Positions 13,069 to 25,964 of a DNA stretch of 64,000 nucleotides are shown in pieces; positions within the stretch are counted from its first letter, which is position 1, and the number at the start of each line of letters is the position of its first letter. The translations under genes were made by a program, and so were the position numbers. The notes under the pieces were generated by a model. It saw only the letters and a list, made by a program, of their open reading frames with translations, ran no database searches and had not been told where the DNA came from. Origin of the DNA: Stegostoma tigrinum (Eukaryota); the NCBI RefSeq assembly GCF_030684315.1, contig NC_081362.1, positions 23,696,571 to 23,760,570 of the forward strand, given 5' to 3'.

Positions 13069-13560
13069 ATGGGAGCAACTTATGCAGAATCACTTCAAAT
13101 CACTGATGATGAACAAGAAGAGAAGCAGCAAAAAGACCAAAAGCTGGCAGGAGCAATTCCAGCTACTGCATCTTTCCTCAATCACATACGACTCCATAGA
13201 ATACAGGAGCTGAGCACAGCAATAGTCTAAGGGAGGTGATATGCATAATGTAGTGTATTACAGACAGAGGATCGGCTTTGAAGACACGACTAAGCAGCAA
13301 TGTTTCTGAAAGCTCTGATTTTCACAGAATGTAATTACTGACTTCTACTGGAACAAGAGCTCCTTCCAAGTCGGTAAGGTGGGAATACATTGATTGGATC
13401 ATTGCAACCATGTAATTATTTATCTCTGGCTTCTTCCTGAAATATGCTCATGATATTTGCAGTGTTTCATTAGTCTGCTATGCTGAAGTGCCTATCCCAG
13501 GTGACCAGTGCTATTTTTAGTTAATCACTTTGTTTTTTTTTACTGATGAGGATAGTCATC
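13069..13560 (+). pseudogene. Harbinger/PIF transposase (HARBI1-like) N-terminal remnant
   Basis: MGATYAESLQITDDEQEE... then YYRQRIGFEDTTKQQCF*KL*FSQNVITDF, and further 'tctggcttcttcctg...gatatttgcagtgtttca...atcccaggtgaccagtgctattt' (DICSVS, QVTSA motifs). Confidence 0.65.
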
Positions 13561-14099
13561 ATTGAAACTGTGGATTAGAGTCTTATGTAAGTTGAAAAAT
13601 ATATGAAATGTAAAATGTAAAACTATTATCTGTCTATTTTCTCACTTTTACTCCAATAATTCTTTCCCTTTGATTATTTCTCTTTCTGCACCTGATTTAA
13701 CTAATTCCCACTATTTCTTTCTCCATTATTCATCCTTCTTTTGCTCTCTCCAGAAACCTCTTGGTTGATGAAACATTTTCTTTTCCCAAGTGTCCCAGAT
13801 ACTCCAAAGATCCTGTCATTCATTATCAGAAAGACAAACATTTTTGCAGCTAAAAATTGAGGGAAAATATGATGCCTCATTCTGGAAAAGTCAAGACCAA
13901 AACGACTGCAGGAGTTTAAAACTCCTTCTCGAAAGCTAAATAGTGGACTTGTCAGCAATGTCAACCTCCTGCAAAGCATTTTTTTAGGAATGCTTGCACA
14001 CATTTAAGTGAACCTAATCTACTTTCAATCCCATATATGCTGGCTCGTATATTCTCCAGTGTGCAAGGACACAGATCAGTTCGGATGCAGAGGACTCAG

Positions 14100-14330
14100 G
14101 TGAGTATCTAGGTGGTATGGGCTTTAGGAAAGGGTTGAAGGGTTTGTGCTGTGAGATGTTGAGTACATTCTTCAGCCTTCTAGACAGCCTCCTGTTGCTA
14201 TTAAAGATCATAACAGAGTCTGGATGCAAGTCTGGTGGAGGGCGAGGCAGAACTTGACATCTCAGCAGCTGCTGTTCCATCATTTTGTGGCTTTGCAGAC
14301 CCAGAGGCACTGCCATTGCTATCCCCATAT
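14100..14330 (-). pseudogene. Possible Harbinger transposase N-terminal remnant
   Basis: MGIAMAVPLGLQ...RRLSRR resembles the N-terminus of the 22542 copy (MEAIIAIPLVLQ). Confidence 0.4.
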
Positions 14331-14437
14331 CTCTTTAAGGACAGGTCACCTGGGTCTCTCCTTCTCTATAAGGATAAAACAACAGTCTGGCAAATCTAAG
14401 AAACTTATAGCACTACCAAAAACACTAAAGAGTATTT

Positions 14438-14667
14438 ACAAGATAACAAAATGTGGAGCTGGATGAACACAGCAGGCCAAGCAGCATCTCAGGAAGACAA
14501 AAGCTGACGTTTTGGGCCTAGACCCTTCATCAGAGACCCTCTCTGATGAAGGGTCTAGGCCTGAAATGTCAGCTTTTGTGCTCCTGAGATGCTGCTTGGC
14601 CTGCTGTGTTCATCCAGCTTCACATTTTGTTATCTTGGATTCTCTAGCATCTGCAGTTCCCATTATC
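14438..14667. mobile_element. 230-bp palindromic PLE-derived insertion with TSD
   Basis: 98-bp inverted arms 14439-14536 and 14540-14637 with a 3-nt spacer 'ccc'; perfect 11-bp TSD aaagagtattt at 14427-14437 and 14668-14678. Confidence 0.92.
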
Positions 14668-15150
14668 AAAGAGTATTTCCAGATAGTTACCTGTAATTTT
14701 TGGTGTCTGGCCCTTTAAGGAATGTTAGTGTAGTGGCTATTTTATAACTTCACGCTTGTTTATTGACTGATTGACATTAATTATTGGCCCTGCGTGCTCT
14801 AAATTTAGTAGTTCTCATGTTGCAGCTGTTGGTTAGGCTGTGCAATGTCAGAATAGTACATGTTCGTAGCCTTCTGACACATGAAGCCCCCTCCATGGAC
14901 ACTTTTTCTAATAGAATACAGAACGGGCTGCAAAGGAAATAGCCCATTGTGCATTGATTCCATCCCACTCCAACCCTCCAACCCCACCCAACAAAGAAAA
15001 TCAATTTTAGACCTGGAGAACACGGATTCCAATGGGATTATGGCAATTAATTGAATGCCTACAGTGACAGATAAAATAGTAAGTGTCAATGCAATTGCAT
15101 TAGATTTTTGTTCTGAGTAAAATTTCATTGTGTATTCTGTGATTTTTTTA

Positions 15151-16033
15151 CAGTGAAATCACATTGAGTCTAATTTGGATGATGCAAAATTTCGATTCTG
15201 TTGACATCATCAGGCCTTCAGGAAAATAACAAATTTATTAGAATGATGCCTGTGAAAAGCCAAAATTTGCAAATTGTTAACTCGGAAATAGCTAAACCTA
15301 TGCAAGTTTGTCATGTGACCCCACCAAAAAAGTGGAGTGGGAGTTAGGCCACTCAAGACCATGAAATCATACAGCACTGGGCATGTTATCATTTGCCATT
15401 GAGATCTCCATGTGAAAAGATATACAAAACTTGCAAATATGGCTAAACCTCTGAGAAAGTTAGAAATATTGTTAATCGGAGAGAAAGTAAAGTTGAGACT
15501 GCAAATGGAAAACTGTGGCATGAAGCAAAAAATAAATGTTGTGAAGAGTGGGAGATTCTACCGCTGAGTTTGAAATACAAGGCAAACATCTTGGAACAGT
15601 TCAACAAGTGGACATAGTCCCCAGCAAGCAGGATGAACTGAATGGTTACCTATCCCAATGTTAAGGAACCTCTTTTAATGGGGTTCAGACAATCCAGAAC
15701 ATTTCCAACTCGAATCTAATCCTGCAAAGAAACCAGGCTTTGTTGACCGATGGCTGGACTGATTCAAGATGAGACACAGCATCATCTTCTGTGCGGACTG
15801 TCTGAAGACAGCATGCTAAGCGATAATTATGACTGGGTTTTTATGGAACTAACTTTGAAATGTTAGGCCATGGTAAAGTATGACCAAATTGAACGATATG
15901 GGGTTTTGTTTACATAAAGCTCGCTTCTAGGCGAATCAAGTTTCATGGGGCCTCCTCGGCTATCTTGAAGCTCTGCATAACACACATATTTGTTTGCAAA
16001 TCCCTTGGGATTTGAATTATCAGGATTTTACTG
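15151..16033 (+). mobile_element. Tigger/pogo-family DNA transposon, internally deleted
   Basis: TA-flanked degenerate TIRs (ta|cagtgaaatc ... gattttactg|ta). ATG 15439 gives MAKPLRKLEILLIGEKVKL (psq-like HTH); later PNVKEPLLMGFRQSR and RWLD*FKMRHSIIF (CENP-B-type GWLxRFKxRH motif). Confidence 0.75.
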
Positions 16034-16344
16034 TATTTACAAAAGCCTGTTGATTATGTAAGTCATTTGTTCCTGCTCTTGGTAATTTCTCTAAAGTTGC
16101 AGAGTTGGAACAATGTCAAGGTTTCAAATGTTGGAAAGATGTCAGTTCATTGGCATTAAAAAGCAGACAGACAAACAAATAATAAGTGACATCAATCTAG
16201 CACTGGCATACTAACAATATGAACTAAGCTCAAATTCTCGTCTTGATGTACATCCCCAGTCAGGATTCTCTTAGCTGATGAGTTTCATCTCTTATCTCAT
16301 CGTCAAGTAAGGACAAAGTGCCAAGAGAACTTTCTTTTGTAACA

Positions 16345-16440
16345 CTGAGGTTGCTGGAAACTTCAAATAAAAATCAAAAGTGCGAGAAAAGTTCAGTATA
16401 TCTGGCAGCATCAGTAAAAAGAGAAACAGAGTTGACACTG
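16345..16440 (-). mobile_element. Old PLE terminal-repeat fragment
   Basis: 'gctggaaacttcaaataaaaatc...ctggcagcatcagtaaaaagagaaacagagttgac' is related to the fragment at 25965-26065. Confidence 0.5.
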
Positions 16441-18769
16441 TCCAAAATGGCTTCTGAACTGTTCAAAATTCTTGAATGGAACTCTGGATTCCAGTGTATT
16501 GCCACAAGGACGTCCAGAGTGAGGCCACATATTTTCCTTTTATGTTTCTGTACTGTATATGCAAGTCTTAAACTACCTTCTTGGGAACATAGCCCATATC
16601 ACATTCTTGATTCCTTGCATTACAATATTAGACAAGTACAGCCCCTCACATGTGATGAAAAATTTAGGTCAGTTCCTGATGTGAGTATTAGCCCTGAGAT
16701 GCAATTAGAAACCGAAAAGCAATGTTTATATTGAATATAGGCCTAAACAAGTATTTTCCCATCCAAAAACAGATGTCATCCGACATGTGAAGTCTATAGT
16801 AATTCAAACCTGTGGCTCCTTTGTATAGAATAGTGGATATAGTTGTACAATCAAAATTCAGTTGAACCGCTACACTCCCCTACAAGACTACCATTGTAAA
16901 TCACGATGTATATTCTATGCCATCGCTCAGGAGGAGGGTGTGTGTTTGGTTGCTGAACAGAATAGGAATCATTTGGTTCTGTATGGAAATTGTTTTTATT
17001 GTTCAGAGCATCTGAGGTTTGAATCCAATGGCAGTTTAAATGCACATACTCATAAAGAAACAATTGTTGATAAACAATAAAGGAAACAAGAACACAATTG
17101 TGATTCATTTGATGGTGTAATTGATGCATTTAGTCTTACATAATTCCTACTTACATAAATTAATACAACATACTTCTTCAGACCTGTTTATTTGGTTCAG
17201 TTGTAAATACATGACTCATAAGTTGGGATCATGTACTTGATGTTAATGAAGGCATCTTCTCCTCCATAGAGTTCAAAGATCTCCAGAGTCTCCTGAATCA
17301 GGTCTCCAATGTTTTCTCTTTTTTGTTGGCTGTAGTCAATGCCATCTCCTGTATTGACTAGGGTTTAAAAGAAAAACAAAAGGAAAAGTAGCAATAAAAT
17401 CTGGTAGTGTGTCACCTCTTCTTTCAAGTTTCAAAAATTCATATTCAACTAATTTGAAATCTTTGTATGGTCTAACTAATTTATATACAAGACCAGCAGT
17501 AAGGAAGAGCTGAGTAGTTTTGACTAACTTGGCTGGCCTTGCACCTGTAACTGGAAGTAACAATGAAGATCTGTTTACAATTGAAATGCCAAGAAATCCC
17601 TGGTTGTTTTGGTTTCCTCAGCAGCATGCACAATTCATACATGATGCACATTATTGAGTGTTTATGGTAACATTTGAAAAGGTTTTAATATCTGTCTATT
17701 TTGTCTCAAAAAAACCCAGTGATGACACATAAAACACTTGTTGTAGACTTTGTTGTGTGAATTAAATATTCCAATACAATGTTTTCAGACTTTAATAAAA
17801 GAAAGTTTTTGTTAGGCTTTCACAGAATAGTGGATCTGCACTTTTGTGTAAGTAAAAAAAAATTGCCAAATTTAAGGTGTAGCAACAATAAATTTAAGGT
17901 TAAGATGCAACAAAAACTCTGACATGACATTAGTCAACTTACTTCATGTTTGAGGTTCTGACACATCTAGAGAGACATAAACATTGAGTGAGCTTTTAGT
18001 TTTAAAGCAAGTTCAGCTCTGCAAATAGATCATGATTGTATTGTGATGCATTATGAGCAATGTTATACTGTCATTCTGGTAATGCATAACATACTATTAC
18101 TACTGCTCGTTTTACTTTTGTTTCACATGTCTGCTAATAGGCACTTTTTTATGACTCTTAATTGCCACTCTTGACTGCTACATTGCTCTTTGTCACTTCA
18201 ACCCAACACAAATTTGCTTTCTATAATTACAATCAATGAATGATTTGGGAGAATTCTGAACTTTTACCTAATTTCAGTTTGTTGATGAATTGGCAGACAT
18301 TTAATGAAAAAAATAGTAATATTGTCTGTGTTCATTTGTACTGAACTCAAAAATTTGTAGAACTGACACTCTGACACAAATACCAGATGCATTTGTACAT
18401 GACAGGCACTGATGCTACCAAAGAAACCTGAGCTATCTAATGGGTTATGGATATACCTCTGGTCTGCAAAATCTTTAAACATTAATGGGATGAAGGCGTC
18501 GCTGGCTAAGCAGTAAAACAACCCAGGAATTCTAGAGTGCTGGCATTTATAAAGGGTTTGAAGCTTAAAATTATAAAGATCTTTGATGAAGAAACAGGAA
18601 CTTCCTGTGCGAAGAAACCAGTGTTTAAAGGCTCACAATTTAAAATGATCAGCAAACATGTAAACAGAGAGGTTATAAAAAATGCCATTATTCAAGATTT
18701 TGTTAGATCACGGATGACTGCTGGAGGTTGAGGCTAAGTTCATTTCAATTTTAATGAATAATTGTATAT

Positions 18770-18888
18770 GTATTTGAAGCAGAGGAAGATGCAGGGCTCC
18801 GGGGATAAAGTGAGATTGCTCCAGCAAAGAATCAAGTTCAATGGACTCAATGGCCTCTTTGTTTCCTTTCTGCAGTATAATTATCTAT
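18770..18888 (+). mobile_element. Old CR1 3' UTR fragment
   Basis: 'gcagggctccggggataaagtg...aatggactcaatggcctc...ttctgcagtataattatcta' is a CR1-type tail. Confidence 0.5.
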
Positions 18889-21800
18889 TGTTAGGACCGC
18901 ACTCATTTGCCTACCCTGCCTTTATGGTGGAATATTATTGAGAAAAGTTGACAAAAAGATAATTATGGTCAATCTTTTGAACTTAGCATTATTATGAGGA
19001 TTCTGACTTGGCTTTTGTGGGATATGGGGAACTGGGAAAAAGCTGCTCTTCTGAAGTATCTCAGCCTATGTGATAGCCCTGTAAAGGTCCTGTTTATTTA
19101 GAAGCATGCCATGTTCTGAGATTGAATGCTATGCGCACACAGTATTGCGTTGACCTTCCTACGAGCTGACTACAAATGAGTAAGATGTAGGCACTAACTG
19201 TAGTTTTACTGTTCATTGCAGTTGCTGATTGGGAGGTGGGTAGGAGGCAGTAAGTGGGTATGTTTTTTTCTCTACAAGAAACTATTGTAAAGTGGAAAGC
19301 AGTCAGGGATGCCAGTACAAATCAAGGCAATGGCTGTCATTTGCAACAATGTGAAAGAAAATTCTACAGTCTATGCATTGGTTATTTCCTATTTTTACTT
19401 AGTATTGTACAGTACAAAATTTTGTACAAGAATAGTTTTAAAATAATATGAATAAATTAAGGAGTACTGCTTCAAATCATTTTGCACTGATATTTATTTG
19501 GGTTTATGTTCAAGAGAGTTAATGGCTACTTGAACATTTATAGAACCTGGAATGTTCAGTGTAGGTTTGAACCTGTTTTTATTTTACCTTACAACATAGT
19601 TTGCAATATGCATGGAAACAATTATTGATATAAACATATTTTAATATATTTGCACTTGGTCATCTTCAGTTCAGATTCATAGGTTGTTGCAGCGACCAAT
19701 GCTTTGAGTTGTCTGTTCCCATGAAATCTAAAAGGAAAATGTTGGACCCTGATTCCCAGTATATGTGTGAGAAAGACTATATTGTGGACAAGCACTAATT
19801 CTTACAATGTGGTTACATCATACTTGAAAGCACAGAGTATGCTGAATAAGGAGAAGACTTTTGTTGCACTGTTGCAGTGCTTTGTAGGCTGGATTCAGTC
19901 TTGATCTCATTAATCACAAAGCTGCAGAAATATTTGTCGACAAGCACCATTTACAATCTCTGCAGAAACAAACATCCAGATTTTAACTCCAGGAAGGAAT
20001 TCCTCTGGTGATAGGAGGGTCAATATTGACAGGATACAGTTATGGTTTCTGCTTTGTGAAGCTTAGGAGTTTAAGGTAGTCTCCTTGCTGAATTTACACC
20101 ACTGAGCACAAAATAAAACAAAATTGAAATACATCAACAGCTTAATCAACTAACTGCTGATTTGCTTGCCACCCGCTTTTCCTTATTCTGCACTAGGCAC
20201 AACTTTTAAATTAAAAACTGTGTGCAGCTAATTGTTTTTCATAAGAGTCTGTTTTAATATATTTATGAGGCTTCCACCTGCCTACAGTGTGCATCTCAGC
20301 TGCTTCAAGTAAGTAATCAAAATGATGGTGCATGACAGTGCATTGAGAACAGTCTTGAAACTGTTTCAGTGCCTACCCCATTTCTGACTAGTCGGCATCA
20401 GAATTCAATCATGAATAGGCAAGGAAGAAACATTTTTTTTTGCATTACTACTTCAGCCATCAACAACTTATTGCTTTCCCAGAAAATGGAAGTGAATGTG
20501 TAATTACTAAAACAAAACTCTGTTAGTCTGCTTATCTGGGAGTACATCATTGTCAAAATTTATGCAATTGTGCAACCTTCAGACTGAAGTGATTCTACTT
20601 AGTCAAAGTGTAATGGCAACTTTAATTATACTCACAGAGAATGCTATGTCTTGCCTGTTATTATGTGTGTAAATTGCAAAGTGAATTTCATTTCAGCAAA
20701 CCTTGATATTCATTTTATCCACAAAAAAAATTCCTTGATCATTAGGCCCCATGGAAGGCTTATATGAGAAAATTATGAATAACACACATTTGTTTCTTCC
20801 CTATAAAAAAAATTAATTAAAACCAGATTTACATTTGGCTAAACGTGAAAATTAAAGCCATCAAATCTAAAAAGGCTATTAATAATGGATCCTGTTACGG
20901 CACAGATAATTTATTGTCGCTACCTGTCCCCTTGTTGCTAATTGTCACTGGTGAAGTTACTTTCTGTCACAGGTAACTTCCATGCCCCAACAGCTTTTGT
21001 GTAACAGAATTTTAACAAGAAGAAAGTGACTATTTCCTCTACAATTAGATGTTTAAAATTTTAGTCCACCACACTCTACCAACTGAGTTTGGTAAATTCA
21101 CATAATTATACACTTGCTGACAATTTTCCTCAAGTTTTGCTTGTCATGCATGGTCCCCTCATTTGAATATCTGCAAAGGCCACTGAACGTGAGCAGACTA
21201 TTCAAGGGGGAACTTATGAGACTTTGTCCTTAATTTGCAGCAGATATCTAGAGAAGCACACAGAGTTGACCATAGCTTCAATGAATCAATGAATGATTTA
21301 TTGACATGTATATTTTACAGTGAAATATAATAAAATACAGTGGAAAGCTTTCATTTGTCACCATAATCCTGTGATAGTTAAAGAAAAAGAGAAAACAGAA
21401 GGATATAGCTTAAAGAGAAATCCATCTGAACACAAGTTCTGAGCTAGCTCAGAACCACCACTGCCTTGCCAGACACAACTAACATTTAAGTTGCCGATCC
21501 GCAGGCACCATCTTTCATCGTTGGGTCTAATCACCTTCTCCACTGCCCACCCTGGGGACAGCAATGTTGGAGACTATCACTGCAGTCAATGTTGCCATGG
21601 TGCCTTCTCGCCGCTGCCAAGTTAACCCTGCCTCTTACAGCTTGTCCTTCTGCCTTGGTGGCACTCCAATGTGAAAAGCAGTTCTGTTGTACTGTTGCTA
21701 GTGAGATCACAAAGACTATTTGCATTCTTCTTGCTCCCACAATGTGCATTTGGTTGCTGGCCACGGCCTGTGCATCGTTAGTAAAGTGCATTGTCTCACA

Positions 21801-21984
21801 CAGATACATTCCCTACATGCACCTAAATGAAAGTTCGATATTATCATCCCAGTGATTCAAATTGGTTGATACAATGTAGCATACCAAATTTGATCAATGC
21901 ATGCAGTGGTAGCATTGTAGTAATGCATATCTGGACAACAAATGTTATGTTACAAATGTCAGCGGAGTGAAATTAAAATATGAA

Positions 21985-22412
21985 TAGTTGTAGTCCCAAC
22001 ATGGACAACTCCATCAGTCTCCAGCTGTGATCCTGAAAAAGGCCCCTTTAACTTACTCTTTGTCTTCTGCCAGTCAGCGAATCCTCTATGCATGCCAGCA
22101 CCTTGCCCCTAACACCGTGGGCTGTTATCTTATTTAGCAGCCTCCCGCATGACACTTGTTAAAGGCCTTCTGGAAATCCAAATATATCTGGTTCTTTCTT
22201 GTCTAACTTGCTTGTTACCTCCTCAAATAATGCTAACAGATTTTTTAGGTATGACCTCCCATTGACAAAGATGTACTGACTCAACCCTATTTACCATGCA
22301 CTCCTAAGTACTCTGCAATCTCATCCTTAACAATGGACTTTTAAAACTGACTGAGGTCAGACTAACTGGCCTATAGCTTCCCGTCTTCTATCTCCCTCTT
22401 CTAAACAGGGCC
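21985..22412 (-). mobile_element. CR1 RT fragment
   Basis: Closely similar to 39255-39680 ('gccttctggaaatccaaata' is the reverse of YLDFQKA). Confidence 0.85.
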
Positions 22413-22541
22413 AGTCAAAAGTTGCCCTTTTGAATTATTAATATTGAGACAAAATTTGAAGAAGCATTTTGGTGAGTTGCTGAAACTATTCCAAGGCTTT
22501 TCAAATCATGGCAAGACTGGAAATAACAATGCCTTGCCCTG

Positions 22542-22885
22542 ATGGAGGCAATTATAGCAATACCACTTGTTTTGCAACATGAGCAGGACATGGGGGAGCA
22601 GGCAGAGAAAGGACGCTCTGCAAAGAGGGGCAAGAAGAAGGGCTCAAGAAAGAAAGCTATAATCATAAACAGTATTCTGGGAACACTACTTCTACATTGC
22701 AATTAGTCCAGAACAATGCCTGAGGAGGCTATGGTTAATAAAAGCGGTAGCTATGGAGTTCTACCACTTCCTCCACACTGACCTGGAGCTTCTCAACTAA
22801 TGTGAGAATAGTTCTTCCAGTGGCCATGAAGGTCAGTGTTCCCCTTATACCCTCACTCTCTGCCAGTGGGTCCTTTCAGGCAAAC
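22542..22885 (+). pseudogene. Harbinger/PIF transposase (HARBI1-like) N-terminal remnant
   Basis: MEAIIAIPLVLQHEQD..., then VFWEHYFYIAISPEQCLRRLWLIKAVAMEFYHFLHTDL and VLPVAMKVSVPL...SASGSFQA (LPVAxKV / ASGSFQ motifs). Confidence 0.75.
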
Positions 22886-23612
22886 CACAGTTTATCACTC
22901 ACAGAAGCATCTTGGAGCTGGAGGAGAACCTGGAGACAACCGCCATCAGACAAAAAAATAGTGTGAAAGAGAGAGAGAGAGCAGAAACCATGTAAAAGAT
23001 GATGGAGAGAGAATTAAAAAGTCACAGGTAAGTCAAGAGTCGGTTGCTATTGAGCAGCTGCTGTTAAGGGCTGTGTTTCAATTCTGGTAATTATGAAACA
23101 CTATCACAGGGAAAGTAAGAAGTTATAGACACAGTTAAGAGAGTTGATGACTAGTAAAGTTGAAGAATTTCTACTTTCTAGTAATTTCCAGTTGTTAGTT
23201 AATAGCACAAGAGTAAGGTTGGTGGGAACAACATTAGTTGAAAAATGGGCAACCTACTAAGCGGCGGTATTTGGACACTGTCAAAATATATTTTCTCAAA
23301 AGGAAAAGCTAGAATAAAACAATTCAGAATTCCTTGGTTGACAGAGGCAATAGTTAAAGTTAGAGAAAAAAAAATATGTTCATAATAGGTGTCAGGGAAT
23401 AAATAAAATAAAAACCAAGCTGTATTCAGATGGTTCAGAAAGGAGGTGAAAAGCAAACAAGAGAAGTAAAAAGTGATTATGAGAAAAGACTAACAGCTAA
23501 CATAAACAGAAATCCCAAAGTCTTCCATGATTACATCATTTGCAAAAAAGATTTAAAAGGTCTCAGATCAATTTGGGACCAAAAAAGGGATTTACTCATG
23601 GAAGCATATAGT

Positions 23613-24021
23613 ATAAGACCATAAGACATAGGAGTGGAAGTAAGGCCATTCGGCCCATCAAGTCCACTCCGCCATTTAAATCATAGCTGATGGGCATTTC
23701 AACTCCACTTCCCTGCACTCTCCCCGTAGTCCTTGATTCCTTGTGAGATCAAGAATTTGTCGATCTCTGCCTTGAAGGCATCTAACGTCCTGGCCTCCAC
23801 TGCACTCCGTGGCAATGAATTCCACAAGCCCACCACACTCTGGCTGAAGAAATGTCTCCTCATTTCTGTTTTAAAATTTACCCCCTCTAATTCTAAGGCC
23901 GTGCCCATGGTCTCCCCGCCTAAAGGAAACAACTTCCCAGTGTCCACCCCTTCTAAACCATACATTATCTTGTAAGTTTCTATTAGATCTCCCCTCAATC
24001 TTCTACACTCTAATGAATACA
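23613..24021 (-). mobile_element. Young CR1 3' end nested in older CR1
   Basis: LYSLECRRLRGDLIETYKIMYGLEGVD... with intact tail 'ataagaccataagacatagg'. Confidence 0.9.
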
Positions 24022-24127
24022 ATATGATTGAGGTGTTCAATGAATATTTTGCATATGTCTTTACCTACAGTGCAAATGCTACCCAAGACCTGTTGTCAGA
24101 GTAGGAAATTCAGTCAACAGCAATATT

Positions 24128-24425
24128 CGTGGTTGGTTCGCTTGCCGAGCTGCTTCGTTAGTTTGCAGATATTTCATTACCCTGCTGGGTAACATCATCA
24201 GTGCAGCCTCTAATGAAGCACTGTTTTGTTTTCCCACCTGATGTTTAAACTCTGAGGTCTGTTGGAGTTGATTACCTCATTTCCAGTTTTTCTTCACAGT
24301 GGTGTATATATAGGGCCTAATTCTACGTGTTTATTGATGGCCTTCTTTGTGGAGAACCAGGCCTTTAGAAATTCCTATGCTTGTCTGTTTGGCCTGCCCC
24401 AGGATCCTGATATTGTCCCAATCAA
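24128..24425 (-). mobile_element. Poseidon-type PLE 3' end with degenerate hammerhead
   Basis: Reverse complement of ~24166-24203 reads cactgatgatgttacccagcagggtaatgaaatatctgc; similar to 48900-49175. Confidence 0.75.
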
Positions 24426-25501
24426 ACCGATGGTTCACCTTATGTGTGAATGGAGACAAAGTGACAATTACTTCATCGTTCAAAGAAGGTTGTAATGACA
24501 GATCCACCAATTACTTACCAGTCAGTTTAACTTTGGTTATGGGTAAATTGCAAGAAACAATAATTTTGGATGGAATTAATAGTCACATGGAAAACTGTGG
24601 ACTAATTGAGAAGAGTTGGTATGATTTTGTGAAGGAAAAATCATGTCTAAGTAGCTTACTGGATATTCTTTGAAGAGGTAACACAGAGAGTTGATGAGGG
24701 CAAAGTTGTTGATATAGTGTACATGAACTTCCAAAAGAAGCTTGATATAGTATCACAGAGCATTTGAGAGGAAAGTGATACTCATGAAACGAAAGGCACA
24801 GTAGCAACATGGATACAAAGTTAACTGAGTGATAGGAAACAGAGACTAATGGTCAATGGGTATTTTTCGGGCTAGAGGAAGGTATGTAATGGAGTTCCCA
24901 GGAATCAGTATTGGAACCCGTGCACTTCCAATATCTGGATTTTACTGTGCAGGGGATACATTCAAAGTCTGCAGACACAAAACTTAGAACCATTGGAAAA
25001 TTGTGAGGATGACAGTGGAGAACTTAAAAAGATATAGGCAAGATGGCAGATGAAGTTCAATGTGTAGAAGTGTGAGGTCATTCACATTTATACAAGGGAC
25101 ATGTAGAAGCAGCATAAAATAAAGAGTATTATTCCAGACGGTGTGCAAATGTAGGGAGACCTGGCTTAATATGTACATAAGTTATTAAATGTGGCATTAC
25201 AGATAGAGAGACTTGCTAATAAGACTTGTAGTAATGTAGGTTTCATTAATGGAGCATAGGATAAAAGAACAGGAAATCAGGTTAAACCTACACTGGACTC
25301 AGGTGAGATCTCACTTGGAGTACTGTATTCAATTCTGGATGCTACACTTTGTGAGGAAAATGAGTGTGCTGGAGACAGTGTAGAAGAATTTTCCAAGAAT
25401 GGTTCCAGGGATGAGAAATGCCAATTATGAGGATAGATTGAAGAAGTTTGAACTGTTTTCCTTGGAGAGGAGATGGGTGAGAGGTGATTTGCTAGAAGTT
25501 T

Positions 25502-25801
25502 GGTTGCACAATGGCTCAGTGATTAGCACTGCTACCTCACAGTGCCAGGGACCTGAGCTCAATTTCAGCTTTGGGTGACTGTGTGGAGTTTGCACATTCT
25601 CCCCAAATTGGCATGGATTTCTACTGTGTATTCTGGTTCCCTCCCAAGTCCAAAGATGTGCAAGTTAGATGGATTATCCATGTTAAATGTAGGGGTTACA
25701 GGGATAAGAAGTGGGCTTGAGTTTAGGCGGGATGCTCCTTGGAGGGTCAGTGCCGATGATGGGCTAAATGGCCTGTTGCTGCACTCTGAGCAATCCAGGA
25801 T
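25502..25801 (+). mobile_element. HE1-type V-SINE (tRNA-derived)
   Basis: A-box 'tggctcagtga', V-domain 'tgtggagtttgcacattctcccc...gtccaaagatgtgcaagttag', CR1-type tail. Possible 6-bp TSD aagttt at 25496-25501 and 25802-25807. Confidence 0.85.
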
Positions 25802-25964
25802 AAGTTTAAAAAAACATGAGGGGATCTGGACATAAAGGATTGAGAACCAAAGGGCTTAGTTTTGACATCTTTTGCTAAAGAAGCAAAAACAAAATGAGAA
25901 AATAAAATTCTCCACATGGGTTTGGAAGCAACAGTATGAAGACCAGTTGAGGCAGGTTCAGAAA

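Larger units (their letters stand above)
23200..25960 (+). mobile_element. Long degenerate CR1 ORF2, interrupted by three younger insertions
   Basis: YEKRLTANINRNPKVF; NYLPVSLTLVMGKLQETII; KEKSCLSSLL; continues past the SINE at 25802. Confidence 0.85.

Noticed and set aside
14040-14106. Possible exon ending in the donor CAG|GTGAGT
   Set aside because: No convincing acceptor or recognisable peptide; it abuts a probable Harbinger remnant on the other strand.
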